Shown here: in pieces, positions 47,004-61,010 of the stretch
How positions within the stretch are numbered: position 1 is the stretch's first letter
Layout of the letters: the number at the start of each line of letters is the position of its first letter
Origin: Octopus sinensis
Taxonomy: Eukaryota
Assembly: GCF_006345805.1 (NCBI RefSeq)
Contig: NC_043009.1
Span: 9,796,001 to 9,860,000, forward strand
Length of the DNA stretch: 64,000 nucleotides
Reading direction: 5' to 3'
Made by a program: the position numbers and the translations under genes
The notes under the pieces: model-generated
Database searches by the model: none
What the model saw: the letters and a program-made list of their open reading frames with translations, nothing else
What the model was told of the DNA's origin: nothing

Positions 47004-47418
47004 TAACTCTAACTTCTCCCACACTGTCCAACTGATTTTATTGATTTTTTTGGCACATAGGTAGATCACATGGCCTGAAGTTCAAATAAGGCCAGAGTTT
47101 TTCAAAAACTTGATAATGCTCAGTTGGCATCCATTTTTGTGAGCTGAATCGGGTGTTTCAATGAAAATTCCCATAACAATATTATTTTTCCTGCATCTTT
47201 TGCATTTTCTTCACGTGTAAAATTTCATCAAAATAGACAGAATAGTCTCTGAGGAAATGCTTATTCAATACAAGGTCAGAGGTGGACTTAATTTCAACAC
47301 GGAAAACACAAACAATGCTGGGTCCAACAGCCAGTATATATATATATATACACACACACACATATACACAAACCCACCCATGTTACACTGTTTAGATAAT
47401 AAGTTGTAAAATTTATAC

Positions 47419-47575
47419 CATGTAAACACCTTGAAGTCAGCAGCGCTTTGGCTCTTTCTTTGAGTTCTCCGGTCAGAGTTGATCCCATGACAAATACATC
47501 CATAGCTTCTTGTTTGTTGCTATCTAGGAAATTATTTTGAATTGTTCGAGTAGCAGATCGTGCGGCATCGGAATA
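47419..47575 (-). CDS. SYNJ1: Synaptojanin exon: YSDAARSATRTIQNNFLDSNKQEAMD...RCLH
   Basis: 157 nt, phase 0 to 1; conserved RTIQNNF.D..KQEA. Confidence 0.96.
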
Positions 47576-48404
47576 CTGAGAGAAATAAACAAATACAGGA
47601 AACAATCAAAAAGAATATTGATTTTTTTAAAGTATATTTTGCTCTGTTTTGTTTTACAATCAAATATAAATATATTTACGACAGCAATTATTAAGTTAAT
47701 AAGAAAAGGTTATGTAAAACTCCTAATGATCTTGAATTTTCTGATTTGAAAAGAATAACAACTGCATGTTTTTTCCAGATATATTCTAAATAATAAAAAT
47801 AATGAAAGTATTTGACATTTAAAAATCACATCATTTGTAAAGATTTTGCTGATCTTTTTTAATTCTCAAGATGTAGACATTATCAAAATGTCTCACAGAA
47901 AAACAACTGAACTAATTTCTATACACTAAAAACATCTCCAAAACCTTGTAAACTCAAGCAAAGAATAATATAAGCTTACATTTCTATAAGAAGACTTCAA
48001 TCTAAAAATCCTATTTACTGGATGTTGTATTAAATATTTATTCCTCATCATCAACATCATCCTCCTCATCATTATAATAATAATAATCCTTTCTTACAAA
48101 GCCTGAAATTTGGGGAAGCGGACAGTTGATTACATCGACCCCAGTACTCAACTGGTACTTATTTTATTGACCCTGAAAGGATGAAAAGTAAAGTTGACTT
48201 CAGCGGAATTTGAACTCAGAACATGAAGACAGACAAAATGCTACTGAGCATTTTGCCTGGCACGCTGACAGTTTTGTCAGCAATAATAACAATACTGCTA
48301 CTACTAATATTAAAAGTGAAAATTGGGGAGAGAAATGTCATTATCTTCATTATCGTTTAACGAGCTCTAACAGGCTCCTACTTCCACACTATCTTCTTAG
48401 TGTG

Positions 48405-48840
48405 TTAATGAAAACACAAAGTCAATTTTTATGGAGAGCCACCTGCAGCAACTACAAGAAGATGCAGACCTTCATCAACAAATGTCTCCGGCAGATCCTC
48501 CATCTGAAGAGGTTCGACAGAGTGCCAAACACTGACCCGTGGAAAAGGGCCAACCAGGAGCCCATACATGTTCAGATTAGACGAAGGAAATGGAGATGGA
48601 TCGGGGACACACTGCGGAAAGAACCCTCAAATGTGACACGACAAGCACTTGACTGGAACCCGCAGGGGAAAAGGAAGCGAGGACGCCCGAAGCAGACATG
48701 GAAGCGGAACATTTTGGACGAGCTCAGGAGCACCAGCCTGACATGGGAAGCAGCCAAGAAACACGCCAATGACCACATAAAGTGGAAAACAACTGTTGAG
48801 GCCCTATGCTCCACAAGGGGCAAAAAGGATTAAGAGAGAG
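48405..48840 (+). pseudogene. RTE-clade LINE 3' fragment
   Basis: QTFINKCLRQIL..W.WIGDTLRK....TRQALDWNPQGKRKRGRPKQTWKR. Confidence 0.85.
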
Positions 48841-50124
48841 AGATATATTATCATCAGCATGATGATGATCATTATCATTATTTCAGGTCTGGATACCTTT
48901 TCCATTGCTAACTATTTTAGTCACCGCTTATAACCCAGTTATGCATGCAGTGTCATTTGTTTGCAGTTCACTGCAAGAGCATGTCCAGTTTTTAGCCTGT
49001 TTTCACATGAGCACTTTGATTGGAAATAAAGCATCACCATTCATACAAGTGACGTCATTTGATTGCAGTCCTCCACAAAAACATGTCTGGGCTGTTTGTT
49101 TGATAGAATGGAAATAGATGAATGCCAGCAGCCTCTAGCTGCAAAAAAATTCTGCTTCAGTGAAGCCCTGTCTGACCTAAGCAAGACTGGGAAAGAAGAT
49201 GTTAAAACGATGTTGATAATGATGATGATTATGATGATGCAAACATTCCCTGCTTCATGTGGGATTTTTAGTGGACATGAATGACAGAATATAAACCAGG
49301 TGAGAGAGAAAAATTAGGGACCAGAGGGATCACCTGTGGGGTGCAAGAGAGAAGACTAGTTGTACAGACATATGATGTATATGAAGAATAACAGGTGGGT
49401 GAATTAGTGGTAAGAAATCCAAATGGAAGGAACTTGGGAAAGAGGACAACATAGAGAGAAGTGGACCCTCAGGAAGGAGATGACAAGGGACCAGAACAAA
49501 TGGTGAGGGGCTGCGCTGCAGATGATTGGTCTAATCCAGCAAGCATGGAAAAGTAGATGCAAGATGATTAGAGAAACCAAACTGTTGAATAGCCATGGTA
49601 ACTAAATGATCAGAGATGTGAGCAGCACAGATCATGAAATGTTTTTGCAAGTGAATGCACTAACTTCAGCATTCAGTCCTCAGAAGGGGGAGAGGTTGGT
49701 TGAAAAGCCAAAATATTTTCAATTTTGATTTTATGACTATTCTTACCTATGATTATGAATGCCGAGTAATGAGCGAAACTGGTACTCTGGTGGTTATGAC
49801 TGCAAGGATCCCAGTTGATCTAATCAACAGAACAACCTGCTCGGGAAATGAACATGCAAATGGCTGAGCACTCTGCAGACAGGTGTACCTTTAGTGTAGT
49901 TCTCAGGAAGATTCAGCATAACACAGAATGCGAAAAGGCTGGCCCTTTGAAATACAGGTACTACTCATTTTTGCCAGCTGAGTGGACTGGAGCAATGTGA
50001 AATAATGTGCCTTGCTCAAGGACACAATGTGTTGCCAGGGATTGAACTCAAGACCTTACGATTCTGAGCCAAATACTCTAACCACTAAGTCATGTGCCTT
50101 CACAATGATCGATAAAGTAGGTAC

Positions 50125-51010
50125 TGACGGACTAATGTGCCAACTCCAGCATTTGATACCCAGAGCAGGAGAGATTGATAAACATGCCAAACTTGTTATC
50201 TTAAATTCAGTTTTCGAGCCTATCCTTACCTATGGTCATGAATTATCCTCATCATTTAACGTCTGCTTTCCATGCTAGCATGGGTTGGACGGTTCAACCG
50301 GTGTCTGGAAAGCCAGAAGGCTGCACCAGGCCCAGTCTGATCTGGCAGTTTTTCTACAGCTGGATGCCCTTCCTAATGCCAACCACTCCGTGAGTGTAGT
50401 GGGTGCTTTTTATGTGCCAGCCGAAGCTGGCAACAGCCACGATCAGATGGTGCTTTTTATGTTCCACCGGTATGGAGGCCAGTCGGGGCGGCGCTGACAA
50501 CAGCCACATTCAGATAGTTCTCTTACGTGCCACCAGCACTGGTATCACAACTACAATTTCCATTGATTTTAATCGATTTTGAATGTTAGGTAATAACTAA
50601 AAAATGACAATTGTGAATCGAAGTGGCCAAAATGGGGTTCCTCTGCAGGATCTCTGGAATAATGATACTCAACAGTGTGTAGCTTGGAGATCAGGGAGTC
50701 TCTCCGGATCGAGCTGCTACTTCTCTGCATTGTTATGTCACTGTTCTGGTGCTATGGACATGTGACTAGAATGTGACAGGAAAGAATTGCAAGACGGATT
50801 CTTCAAGGTGAGCCAAATGGCAAGAAACCTCAGAGTGTAAGTGAGATGACTGAATAATAAATATCCATGGTCTCACTTGGTCATGCTTGGGAATCCAGTA
50901 GGAAAGTGTGGTGTTGGTTGTTTCTGATAGGACCTTATGGAGGAGGTGCCTAAGGACTCTACTGCTATGAAACTTCCCAGGAATAGTGGGAGGCAAAAAT
51001 GGATGGATGG
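50125..51010 (+). pseudogene. Decayed RTE LINE 3' fragment interrupted by a minus-strand RTE-tail repeat
   Basis: AKLVILNSVFEPILTYGHE ... AKMGFLCRISG ... YGHVTRM; (TGGA)n tail. Confidence 0.7.
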
Positions 51011-51039
51011 TTAATTAAAAAGAAAAATAAATTTCTAAA

Positions 51040-51425
51040 GGTGCAGGAGTGGCTGTGTGGTAAGCAGCTTGCTTACCAGCCACATGGTTCCGGGTTCAGT
51101 CCCACTGGGTGGCACCTTGGGCAAGTGTCTTCTACTATAGCCTCGGGCCGACCGAAGCCTTGTGAGTGGATTTGGTAGACAGAAACTGAAAGAAGCCTGT
51201 CGTATATATGTGTGTGTGTGTGTGTGTGTGTTTGTCCCCCCAACATTGCTTGACAACCGATGACGGTATGTTTACGTCCCCATAACTTAGCGGTTTGGCA
51301 AAAGAGACCGATAGAATAAGTACTAGGCTTACAAAGAATAAGTCCTGGGGTCGATTTGCTCAACTAAAGATGGTGCTCCAGCATGGCCACAGTCAAATGA
51401 CTGAAACAAGTAAAAGAGAGTAAAG
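51040..51425 (+). mobile_element. CORE-type SINE (OR-like), near full length
   Basis: Head through the gtaaaagag tail; similar copy at 61630-62015. Confidence 0.88.
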
Positions 51426-51464
51426 AAAGAAAGAGAGAGAGAGAAGAATTACTTAGATACTTAC

Positions 51465-51620
51465 TTTAGATCGGCCACCCCCCATGGCACCAGTGCCTGC
51501 ATAAATACGGCTGATATGATCGCCGTTTTCAGTCCAAATTTGTTTAAAAACTTCTTCAAAACGAGACACCATTTGAATCTTTCCTCCAAATCCGAGTGCT
51601 TCCATTTGTCTTTTAAGAAT
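51465..51620 (-). CDS. SYNJ1: Synaptojanin exon: ILKRQMEALG...WTENGDHISRIYAGTGAMGGGRSK
   Basis: 156 nt, phase 0 to 0, cag acceptor, gtaagt donor; conserved NGD.IS.IYAGTGA. Confidence 0.97.
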
Positions 51621-52918
51621 CTGAAAGAATGATAAATAAAAAGAAAAGTAATAAGGGTAAAACAATTTTGTACTTTGAAAATACAAAATCAATAGTTAGT
51701 ACAATAAAAAAGAAGATAACTGCTATGCTCCCATCTCAGTTTTTATTTGTAACCAGTTCACTTCATATACTACGTCCAATGTTGTCTCTATTTGCTAATC
51801 ACTTTACAGAATGTACTGGTTAAATTTCATTGTGGCACCAGCACCAATGAGGTTGTCTTGTTACACAGAAGACCAAAGAGTCTACAGTGTTCTCTGTTGT
51901 CTCCACTCACCAAACACCACAAAACAATGAACTAATGTGAGAGGGTGATAGAGTGAAAGAAAAGAGAATATGGTAGGAGAATCAGAGTGAGAGGTGTGAA
52001 AGGGTGATAGGGGTGGGAGCAATGGAAGAGAGATAGGGATGGCAGCTACACATTATGAAAGTCAAAGTCAACCTCGGCAAAATTTGAACTCAGAATGTAA
52101 AGAACCTTAAGAAATGCTACTAAGCATTTTCCCCAATGCGTTAATGATTCTTCAAGCTTGCCGCCTTAATAAAAATAACAATAATAATTTCAAACTTTTA
52201 GCACAAGGCCAGCAATTTTAGGAGGGGAAATAAGTCAGCTATAATGATCCCAGTGTTTTACTGTTACTTATTTCAACACTCCAAAGTCAACCTCAGTGAA
52301 ATTTGAACTCAAAATGTAAAAAGCCAGGGAAAATGCCACTAAGTATTTTGTCAAGTGTGGTCATTATTCTGTCAGCTTGCCACCTAAACAACAACAATAA
52401 TTTCAAATTCTTTAGGTGAGGAGTAAAAGGGGTAAAGACCCCCTTCGGTCATGATTGACCATGGGATTGCACCTAGAAAGTTACCCTCCTAGACACAAGT
52501 CCGGGCAAGGTTGTTTATGGAAGGCCAGCAGTCGCCCATGCATACCAGCCTCCCCTCTCCACGCCACCTGTGTTATCCAAGGGAAAGACAAAGGTCAATA
52601 CAGCTTGGCACCAGTGACGTCGCAACTCATTTCTACAGCTGAGTGAACTGGGGCAACGTAAAATAAAGTGCCTTGCTCAAGAACACAACATGCAGCCCGG
52701 TCCGGGATTCGAGCTCACAACCTCACGATCGTAAGCTCGACACTCTAACCACTGAGCCATGCATTTACCCCAGTGCTCAACTGCTACTTATTTTATTGAC
52801 CCCGAAAGATGAAAGGCAAAGTCGAGCTCAGCAGAATTTGAACCCAGAACATAAAGAGAGATGAAAATGTTGATGGACATTTTGCCCAGCATGCTAATGA
52901 TTCTGCCAGTTCACTGCC

Positions 52919-52951
<33 letters not shown>

Positions 52952-52961
52952 TAATAATAAT

Positions 52962-53525
52962 AAATGCCCTGATGCAGTACCAGGCAGTGGTTCTCATGGC
53001 TTCTGATCTTAACTGATTGGAAGTGTTATCATGTATCTACATTGTTTTGTCTTGGTATAAAAGATGGGCTACAGTAAATATTCTGCTCAATACCACAGAA
53101 TTGTTTGTCAGTTGTTTGACATTAACTAGTTGACCATGTCCCTTGTTGGCTGACGATATGTGCATCTCTGATCATGAGCAGAAGTAGTGGGGAACATCAT
53201 AGCTATGTGTCGAGAGGAATTCCTTGGGGTTTGAATAATTCACCTCTGGAAACATGGGTGTTTCGTTCAACATCCTTAAACAATCTTTATTCAGGGACCT
53301 TTTGAGCGGGATGGGTTACTCGACCAGAAGAAAATTCTAACTGGGCCCAACCTGCAAGGTCATGAGCTGTTTATCTTGATATGAAATCATCATGTCGCAC
53401 ACATATGGTTGTGATGCATGTGCCTGGTGTACTCTTATCAGACGGGTAGTCATGATGGGTATATTGGGCTTCGTATATTTTACCCCTTTGATGTCGCTTT
53501 GATGGCATGCATTGCTCTCTCTCTC

Positions 53526-53559
<34 letters not shown>

Positions 53560-54136
53560 TAATAATAATAATAAATGCCCTGATGCAGTACCAGGCAGTG
53601 GTTCTCATGGCTTCTGATCTTAACTGATTGGAAGTGTTATCATGTATCTACATTGTTTTGTCTTGGTATAAAAGATGGGCTACAGTAAATATTCTGCTCA
53701 ATACCACAGAATTGTTTGTCAGTTGTTTGACATTAACTAGTTGACCATGTCCCTTGTTGGCTGACGATATGTGCATCTCTGATCATGAGCAGAAGTAGTG
53801 GGGAACATCATAGCTATGTGTCGAGAGGAATTCCTTGGGGTTTGAATAATTCACCTCTGGAAACATGGGTGTTTCGTTCAACATCCTTAAACAATCTTTA
53901 TTCAGGGACCTTTTGAGCGGGATGGGTTACTCGACCAGAAGAAAATTCTAACTGGGCCCAACCTGCAAGGTCATGAGCTGTTTATCTTGATATGAAATCA
54001 TCATGTCGCACACATATGGTTGTGATGCATGTGCCTGGTGTACTCTTATCAGACGGGTAGTCATGATGGGTATATTGGGCTTCGTATATTTTACCCCTTT
54101 GATGTCGCTTTGATGGCATGCATTGCTCTCTCTCTC

Positions 54137-54190
<54 letters not shown>
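52962..54190 (-). repeat. Perfect ~611-bp tandem duplication of an (ATT)n-flanked repeat
   Basis: aaatgccctgatgcagtacc at ~52962 and ~53573; (AAT)n before, between and after the units. Confidence 0.95.
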
Positions 54191-54454
54191 TACAGTATGT
54201 CTCTCTGAAGAGTATCAGGGAAATGGTTAAAGAAGGGAATTGTAACAACATCACAGACTCTGTTTTCCAGAAGAATTAAGATAAATGCCACAAGCATAGC
54301 TGTATGGTTAAAAGCCACTTTGGAATTACATGGTTTTGAGTTCAGTCCTACTGTGTGGTACCTTTTCTATGTATCTTGTACTATATCTCTGGGACAACCA
54401 ATACTTTGTGAGTGAATTTAGACAGAAACTGTGAGGAATCCTACCATGTATGAG

Positions 54455-54504
<50 letters not shown>

Positions 54505-54505
<1 letters not shown>

Positions 54506-56336
54506 TCATCAGTAATGAATACAAAATCGCGGCAAATGCCAGTAGCAATCCAAAAACCTTCTTTGCCCATGTCCAACGGAATTCCCGCTTGAACAACCAG
54601 ATTGCAACGTTGGTAGACTCAACAGGCGTATCGATTGAGGACCCTTATCAACAGAGTCAATTATTTGCCGAGGCTTTTTCAACTATTTTCAAACAAGATG
54701 ATGGTCGTGAACCCTCTCCATTTGATAGATCAGTACCTCCAATGCCTAGATTGGTCATCACGCGGGACGAAGTCAAACGTGTTATTCAAGGCCTCGATGT
54801 CAACAAGGGTCATGGCCCTGACGGCATACACCCACGGGTTATCAAAGCGTTGGCTCCGGTCATCTGCGAGCCCTTAACACGTCTATTCAATATGTCATTG
54901 GCGACGGGTGTTATACCTGCGGACTGGAGAACAGCGATAATCTGCCCAATTTTCAAGAAAGGGAGCCGCGAAGACCCGCTTAACTACCGACTGGTTTCCC
55001 TTACATCAATAATCAGCAAGATGTTCGAAACCATCCTTAAGAAAAGTATGATGCTCCACCTTCAAAACACAGCCTCTATTTCTGATTCCCAACACGGCTT
55101 CGTGCCGAAGAGATCATGCTTGACCAACTTACTGGTAATGGAAGAATAGTGACGTGCATCCTCGATGATAGTGATGCAGTCAACATCGTTTTATTGGACT
55201 TTGCCAAAGCTTTTGACTTGGTAAACCACTGCCTATTACTTGTCAAGCTTCAAGCATATAGTTTCCATCCGGATATTGTACGTTGGGTTGGTGCCTTCCT
55301 CTCAGATCGCTCCTTCCAAGTCCAAGTTAATGGTTCGCGGTCCGACGTCTCCAGTGCGAGCAGTGGCGTGCCTCAAGGTTCAGTGCTTGGGCCCTTATTG
55401 TTCTTAGTCTTCATAAATGACTTGCCCGATGACCTCACGCAACACACCCTTCTATTTGCCGACGATATCAAACTGGTCGCTCCTCGCAGTGATATAGAGG
55501 ATCTTCGTCGATGCCTCCACCAAATTTGGAAGTGGTCTAACAAATGGGACCTGTGCTTGAACGTGTCAAAGTGCTGTCATCTGCCTGTTGGCTCTCCTCC
55601 GGCAACTCAACTTGATTTCGAGCCGGGTCGTCTGCTGCTGGAGAGGACCGATCAGGTAAAGGACCTGGGTATCTTGGTGGATTCCTCCTTTTCGCCTTTG
55701 GCCCAGTGTGTCCATGCTGCCAACAAAGCACGCGGAATTCTGTTCTTGATTCGACGGTCATTCGGAATGCTCACAGCAGCCATATTCCTACCACTCTATG
55801 TCATGCTGGTGAGACCCATATTGGAGTACGGGATTCAAGCCTCTTCTCCTTATCTCCTCAAAGACATACAACATCTCGAAAGAGTCCAGAAGCTGGCTAC
55901 CCGCATGGTTCATGGTCTCAAAAATTTGTCCTATGAAGAAAGGCTGAGGACGCTCGACCTTTATTCTCTTGAAAAACGCCGCCGCCGTGGTGATCTCATT
56001 CTCGCCCACAACATCATAAGCGGAAAGTGTAACCTCTCGAAAGAGCTGTTCTTCACTCCTGCTCCAGAGCGTCGGCTGCGGGGTCATTCCGAAAAGCTCT
56101 ACCAGCGACGATTTCATTTCAATCGAAGGAGAGGAGCTTTCTCCGTCCGGGTTGCGGATCCGTGGAACAAGCTGCCAGACGAGATGGTGAAGATGCCGAC
56201 GACCGCTTTGTTCAAAGCCTCCCTTGACCTCAAGTGGCCTGAACTCTTTACATGAACACCACCCTGTACTTAACTCCATGTCCCCCTACATGGCCTTGCT
56301 ATTTGCTTTTGAGCCAAATTAACTAACTAACTAACT

Positions 56337-56337
<1 letters not shown>
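54505..56337 (+). mobile_element. 5'-truncated CR1-type LINE, RT nearly intact, (TAAC)n tail, inserted in the microsatellite of a SINE
   Basis: NYRLVSLTS; QHGF; DFAKAFD; GVPQGSVLGPLLF; FADD; one frameshift at ~55149. Confidence 0.92.
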
Positions 56338-56376
<39 letters not shown>

Positions 56377-56671
56377 CATACATACATACACGAATGTGTG
56401 TGTGTATGTTTGCGTTCCTTTTCCATTATTTGACAACTGGTGTTAGTTTGTTTACCTCCCTGTAACTTAGTGGTTTCGTGAAAAGGCTTAGCAGAATAAG
56501 GGTTAGACTTTAAAAACAATTAGTACTGGGGGTCAATTTATTCAACTAAACCCATCAAAGTGCTTCCCTAGCACAGCTGCAGTCTAATGACTGAAACAAA
56601 AAGATGCAAGATTAAACATTTTTTAGCATTGATCCTAAAACATTTCGTCTCATAATACCAGTCTAACTTAC

Positions 56672-56753
56672 ATATAAGCCATATAACCGCTGAACAGAAT
56701 TGGTCCGATCAAGGCAATCAACACAATTGGTTCGAATAGTTCCAAGCTGCTGC
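56672..56753 (-). CDS. SYNJ1: Synaptojanin exon (Sac1 catalytic motif): [27 protein letters not shown]
   Basis: 82 nt, phase 2 to 0, acceptor ttttaaaag, donor gtaagt; not present in the ORF track. Confidence 0.96.
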
Positions 56754-57204
56754 CTTTTAAAAGAAAAAAAAAGACAAAAAACAAATTGAAAAATGGTGAA
56801 AATTTCAATTCAAAACAAATGGAACTAATATAAGCATGCAATCTACTTTATTGTAAAGAAAATTTGGTGCAATTAGTTGGTTCAGTATAATTTATTGTAT
56901 ATTTGTATAATGTTAATGAACTAGGAAGGTTAAATGGTAAACAAATAGAGCAACTGCTATTTGCACTAACTCCATTAAATTAATTATAAAATATCATGCA
57001 TTCTTATTTAAATATTGAAATTTGCTTTGAGGTGGGGAAAAAAGAGGAATCTGTTTATGCTGGCTGCACAGGCCTGGAATTTGGGGGGAGTGGGATAGCT
57101 TATTATACATCAAACTCAGTACTCAACTGGTGCTTATTTTATCAACCCGGAAAGGATGTGAGGTAAAGTTGATCTCAGCAGAATTTGAACCCAGAACATA
57201 CCTA

Positions 57205-59320
57205 GCATAATACCTAGCTGAAGATAGACCTCTGCACTTGGCTTTTGTTGACATGGAGAAAGCCTTTGACAGGGTCCCATGATCCCTTATCTGGTGGTCA
57301 ATGTAGAAACTAGGGATTGATGAGTGGTTGGTGAGAGCTGTACAAGCCATGTATAGGGATGCTGTCAGTAAGGTGAGGGTTGGCAACGAGTATAGAGAAG
57401 AATTCAGGATATAAGTAGGGGTTCACAACAAATTAGTCCTCGACCCCCTCTTATTCATCACAGTCCTCCAGGCAATAACAGAGGAATTCAAGACAGGCTG
57501 CCCCTGGGAGTTCCTCTATGCTGATGACCTTGTTCTTATAGCTGAATCACTACCAGAACTAGAGAAGAAGTTTCAGATGTGGAAGCAAGATCTAGAATTG
57601 AAGGGTCTTAGAGTTAACCTAGCAAAAACTAATAAATTAGTAAGTAGGAAGGTAGCCAAATCACAAATCCCTTCAGGTAGATGGCCCTAGAAACTTCATA
57701 AGATGTACCCAGTGTAAGATATGGACAAATAAGATGTACAGCAATTTCAGAGGAAGGTTAACAAGGAAGATAGTTCTTGTGTGTGGAAGGTGCACAGGTA
57801 CAATAAACACTGAAAATGTACAGAAAATAGATTCCATCACATGCCAGGGGGAAAACCAGAAGCAGTCAATAGCTTCTGTTACCTAAGTGACCAAGTCAGC
57901 AGCAGGGTAGATGCTGCGAGAGTATAGCTGCTAGATCAAGAATAGGCTGGACAAAATTCAGAGAGCTCCTATCTCTGCTGGTAACAAAGGGCCTCTCGCA
58001 CAGAGTGAAAAAGCAGATTGTATGACGCCTGTGTGTGAACAGCCATGCTACATGGCAGGGAAACATGGGCTGTAACTGCTTAGGACAGGTGTAGGCCTGT
58101 AAGAAATGAAGCTAGTATGCTTTGCGAGATGTGCAATGTGCATGCATGACAGAGTGTTAGCATCCTGACAGAAAAGTTGGATATAAGAAGCATCAGATGT
58201 AGTGCACAAGAGAGACAACTGAGCTGGTATGGTTATGTTATTCATGTGGATGAGGGCAGCTGTGTGAAGTGTGGCACTTTAATGGTGGAGGGAACCTGTA
58301 GAAGAGGCAGACCCAGGAAGACATGGGATGAGATGGTGAAGCATGATCTTCGAATGTTGGGCTTCACAGAGACAATGACAAGTGACGGAGACCTTTGGAG
58401 ATATGCCGTGCTTGAGAAGACCCATCAAACAAGGTGAGATCATAGTCGTGGCTGATGGCAGTAATGTGTAACTGGCCCATTAAAAACATCCTTCAATCAT
58501 TGGGCGATATGCTGTGCTTGGGATGACCAGTTGAACTGAGTGAAACTGTAGTTGTGTATTTTGTTTTTGTTTGTTCTTTCTCGAGCCATACCTGGCTCAT
58601 AACGGCCGGTTTCCCGGTTTCATTGGTGTATAGGTTCCCCACATGGACAGGACACTGGTCCGTCGCAGGTGAGCTGCAAGATGCAGGAGGAAAGAGTGAG
58701 AGAAAGTTATGGCGAAAGAGTCAGCAGAAGTTCGCCATTACCTTCTGCCGGAGCCACATGGAGCCTAGGTGTTTCGCTCATAAACGCATACATTGCCCGG
58801 TCTGAGATTCGAACCTGGAATCCCTCGACCACGAGTCCACTGCTCTAACCACTAGGCCATGTGCTTCTACCAAACCGTAGCTGTGGCTGATGCCAGAGCC
58901 ATCTGATTGGCACCTGTGCTGGTGACATGTAAAAAGCACTCTTCAACCATTGGGTCTCATGGAAGCAGTGATGTCATTAAAAACATCCTTCAATCATTGG
59001 GCGATATGCTGCGCTTGTGAAGACCTGTTGAGCCAAGTGGAATCATAGTTATGGCCGACAACAGTGCCATCTGACTGGCGCCATGCACTTAAAAAGCACC
59101 GTTCGAGCACTGGACCTCATGGAGGTAGTGACAGGTGATCAACACCTTTGTGCTTGAGTATACCTGTCAAGTCAAGTGAGACCATAGTCATGGCTGATAC
59201 TTGTGTCAGATCAATGGCACCCATGCTGGTGACATGTAAAAAAACACCCACTACACTCTTGGAGAGGTTGGCATAAGGAAGGGCATCAAACCATAGAAGT
59301 CTTGCCAAATCAGATCGGAA
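57205..59320 (+). mobile_element. Decayed RTE LINE (RT to 3' UTR), interrupted by a SINE at 58545-58870
   Basis: AFVDMEKAFDRVP; LYADDLVL; RGRPRKTW; DLWRYAV; then modular 3' UTR. Confidence 0.85.
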
Positions 59321-59503
59321 TCTGTAACTTAGCATTTTAGTAAAATAGAACAATAAAACAAGTGCTAGGTTTAGAAAAAAAATAAATACTGGGGTTGATT
59401 TATCTGACTAAAAATTCTTCAAGGAAGGTGCCCCAGCATGGCCTCAGTCTAATGACTGAAACAAGTAAAAGACAAAGAAAGATGACAACAGCATATAAAT
59501 TAC

Positions 59504-59673
59504 CTGATAATTCGATCTGAAGAACAATGAAAAAAATTCAAATTATTTAAATGTTCTTCAGATACTTTCATTAACTTCTGCAAATTGGAAAGGTTCCCTC
59601 CACGACACTCCGCATGGTAATCGAAGACAATGTGTGGTACATCGTCTTTGTGAGTTGAATTTTTATGATGATT
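59504..59673 (-). CDS. SYNJ1: Synaptojanin exon (Sac1): NHHKNSTHKDDVPHIVFDYHAECRGG...SSDRII-R
   Basis: Acceptor tctgttgcag, donor AG|gtaatt, 170 nt, phase 0 to 2; similar to vertebrate SHLKASEH..NFDYHQMVKGG. Confidence 0.92.
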
Positions 59674-60334
59674 CTGCAACAGAGCACAAAATGCCATTAT
59701 AATTTCATTTAGCAGCTTATGAGAGAGCCTTTACATGCTGATTCAACCTACTAAAAATGGTAACCATATCTCCCTCAAATCTTCTGATTTAAATACCAAA
59801 AAAAAAAAAAATTGTTGGATAATATTGACATAGATACACACAAAACGATGGGATGGATTGTTCTTCTCAACCAGGGATCACCAGGAACAACAACTATCTC
59901 ATTTGATAGCCATTTTGTTACATTAATCTGTCTGATCAAATATTTATATCTAGGATGTTGTGTTATACCCATTTTGTTGAAAGATGTTTCCACTACAACA
60001 AACGTTCAACCATCAGTAGCTGTGAGGTCCAGACTGCTGTCCATCTTCTCCTTCCTGGTGAGTTGGCCAAACATGCCGTCTCGTCATGAGAATTTACTTT
60101 CTTTGCATGGTGTTATTATTCAGTGAAATAATTCTTCACATGGGCATGAAGCCTAAATCCTTGGGAAGGAGAGAGTTGAGAGAGAGAGAGAGAGAGAATG
60201 AGAGGCAATGGGGGAATTGACGGTCGACTTTCCCATGCTTGCATGGCTCAGATAGAATTTGTTGATGCAAGTTTGCTACATCCAGATACCCTTCTTGTCA
60301 TCAACCCTCATGCGTTTTTAACAAAGCACGTAGG

Positions 60335-60863
60335 GCCTCACAGAGGAAATGACGAATACCGAGACCCCTGAGATATGCTGTGACTGTGACGACCCGACAA
60401 ATGAAGTGAGTTCATGGCTTGCAGGACGGCCTGCTGTGCTAACCTTGGATCGTAGAGTGACCCGCTGTTCTCGAGGAGACCTATTGAGTCAAGTATGTCA
60501 ACACCAACAACAACATAAAAATCAAATGGAAATTGTAAAGACACCTGTGCGAGTTACACGTAAAAAGCACTGTCCATATGTGGCAGATGCCAGCGCTGCC
60601 TGACTGGCGTCCGTGTCGGTGACACGTAAAAGCACCAACTGATCGTGGCCGTTTGCCAGCCTCCTCTGGGCCCTGTGCCGGTGGCACATAAAAAAATACC
60701 CACTACACTCACAGAGTGGTTGGCATTAGGAAGGGCATCCAGCTGTAGAAACACCGCCAGATCAGACTGGAGCCTGGTGCAGCCTCCATGGCTTACCAGA
60801 CCTCAGTCGAACCGTCCAACCCATGCTAGCATGGAAAACGGACGTTAAATGGTGATGATGATG
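60335..60863 (+). mobile_element. RTE 3'-end repeat (long form); similar copy 62376-62790
   Basis: ctgagatatgctgtg...ggacgttaaatggtgatgatg. Confidence 0.85.
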
Positions 60864-60976
60864 TAATATTTTCCCATGGGCAGTTAAGTTCTTAACAAAA
60901 GGTCAGATACAAACAACCTCACTTGTATGATAATGCACATTTACAAACATCATGTGATACCTTGACATGGGTACTG

Positions 60977-61010
<34 letters not shown>

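Larger units (their letters stand above)
221..59673 (-). other. SYNJ1: Synaptojanin gene, 3' portion (20 coding exons; 5' exons outside window)
   Basis: Manually spliced minus-strand exons, all with AG acceptors and GT donors and with matching phases; total 2568 nt = 856 codons. Motifs: Sac1 [12 protein letters not shown] (CX5RT); 5-phosphatase [53 protein letters not shown]; then GPPDGT (DUF1866). Confidence 0.97.
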
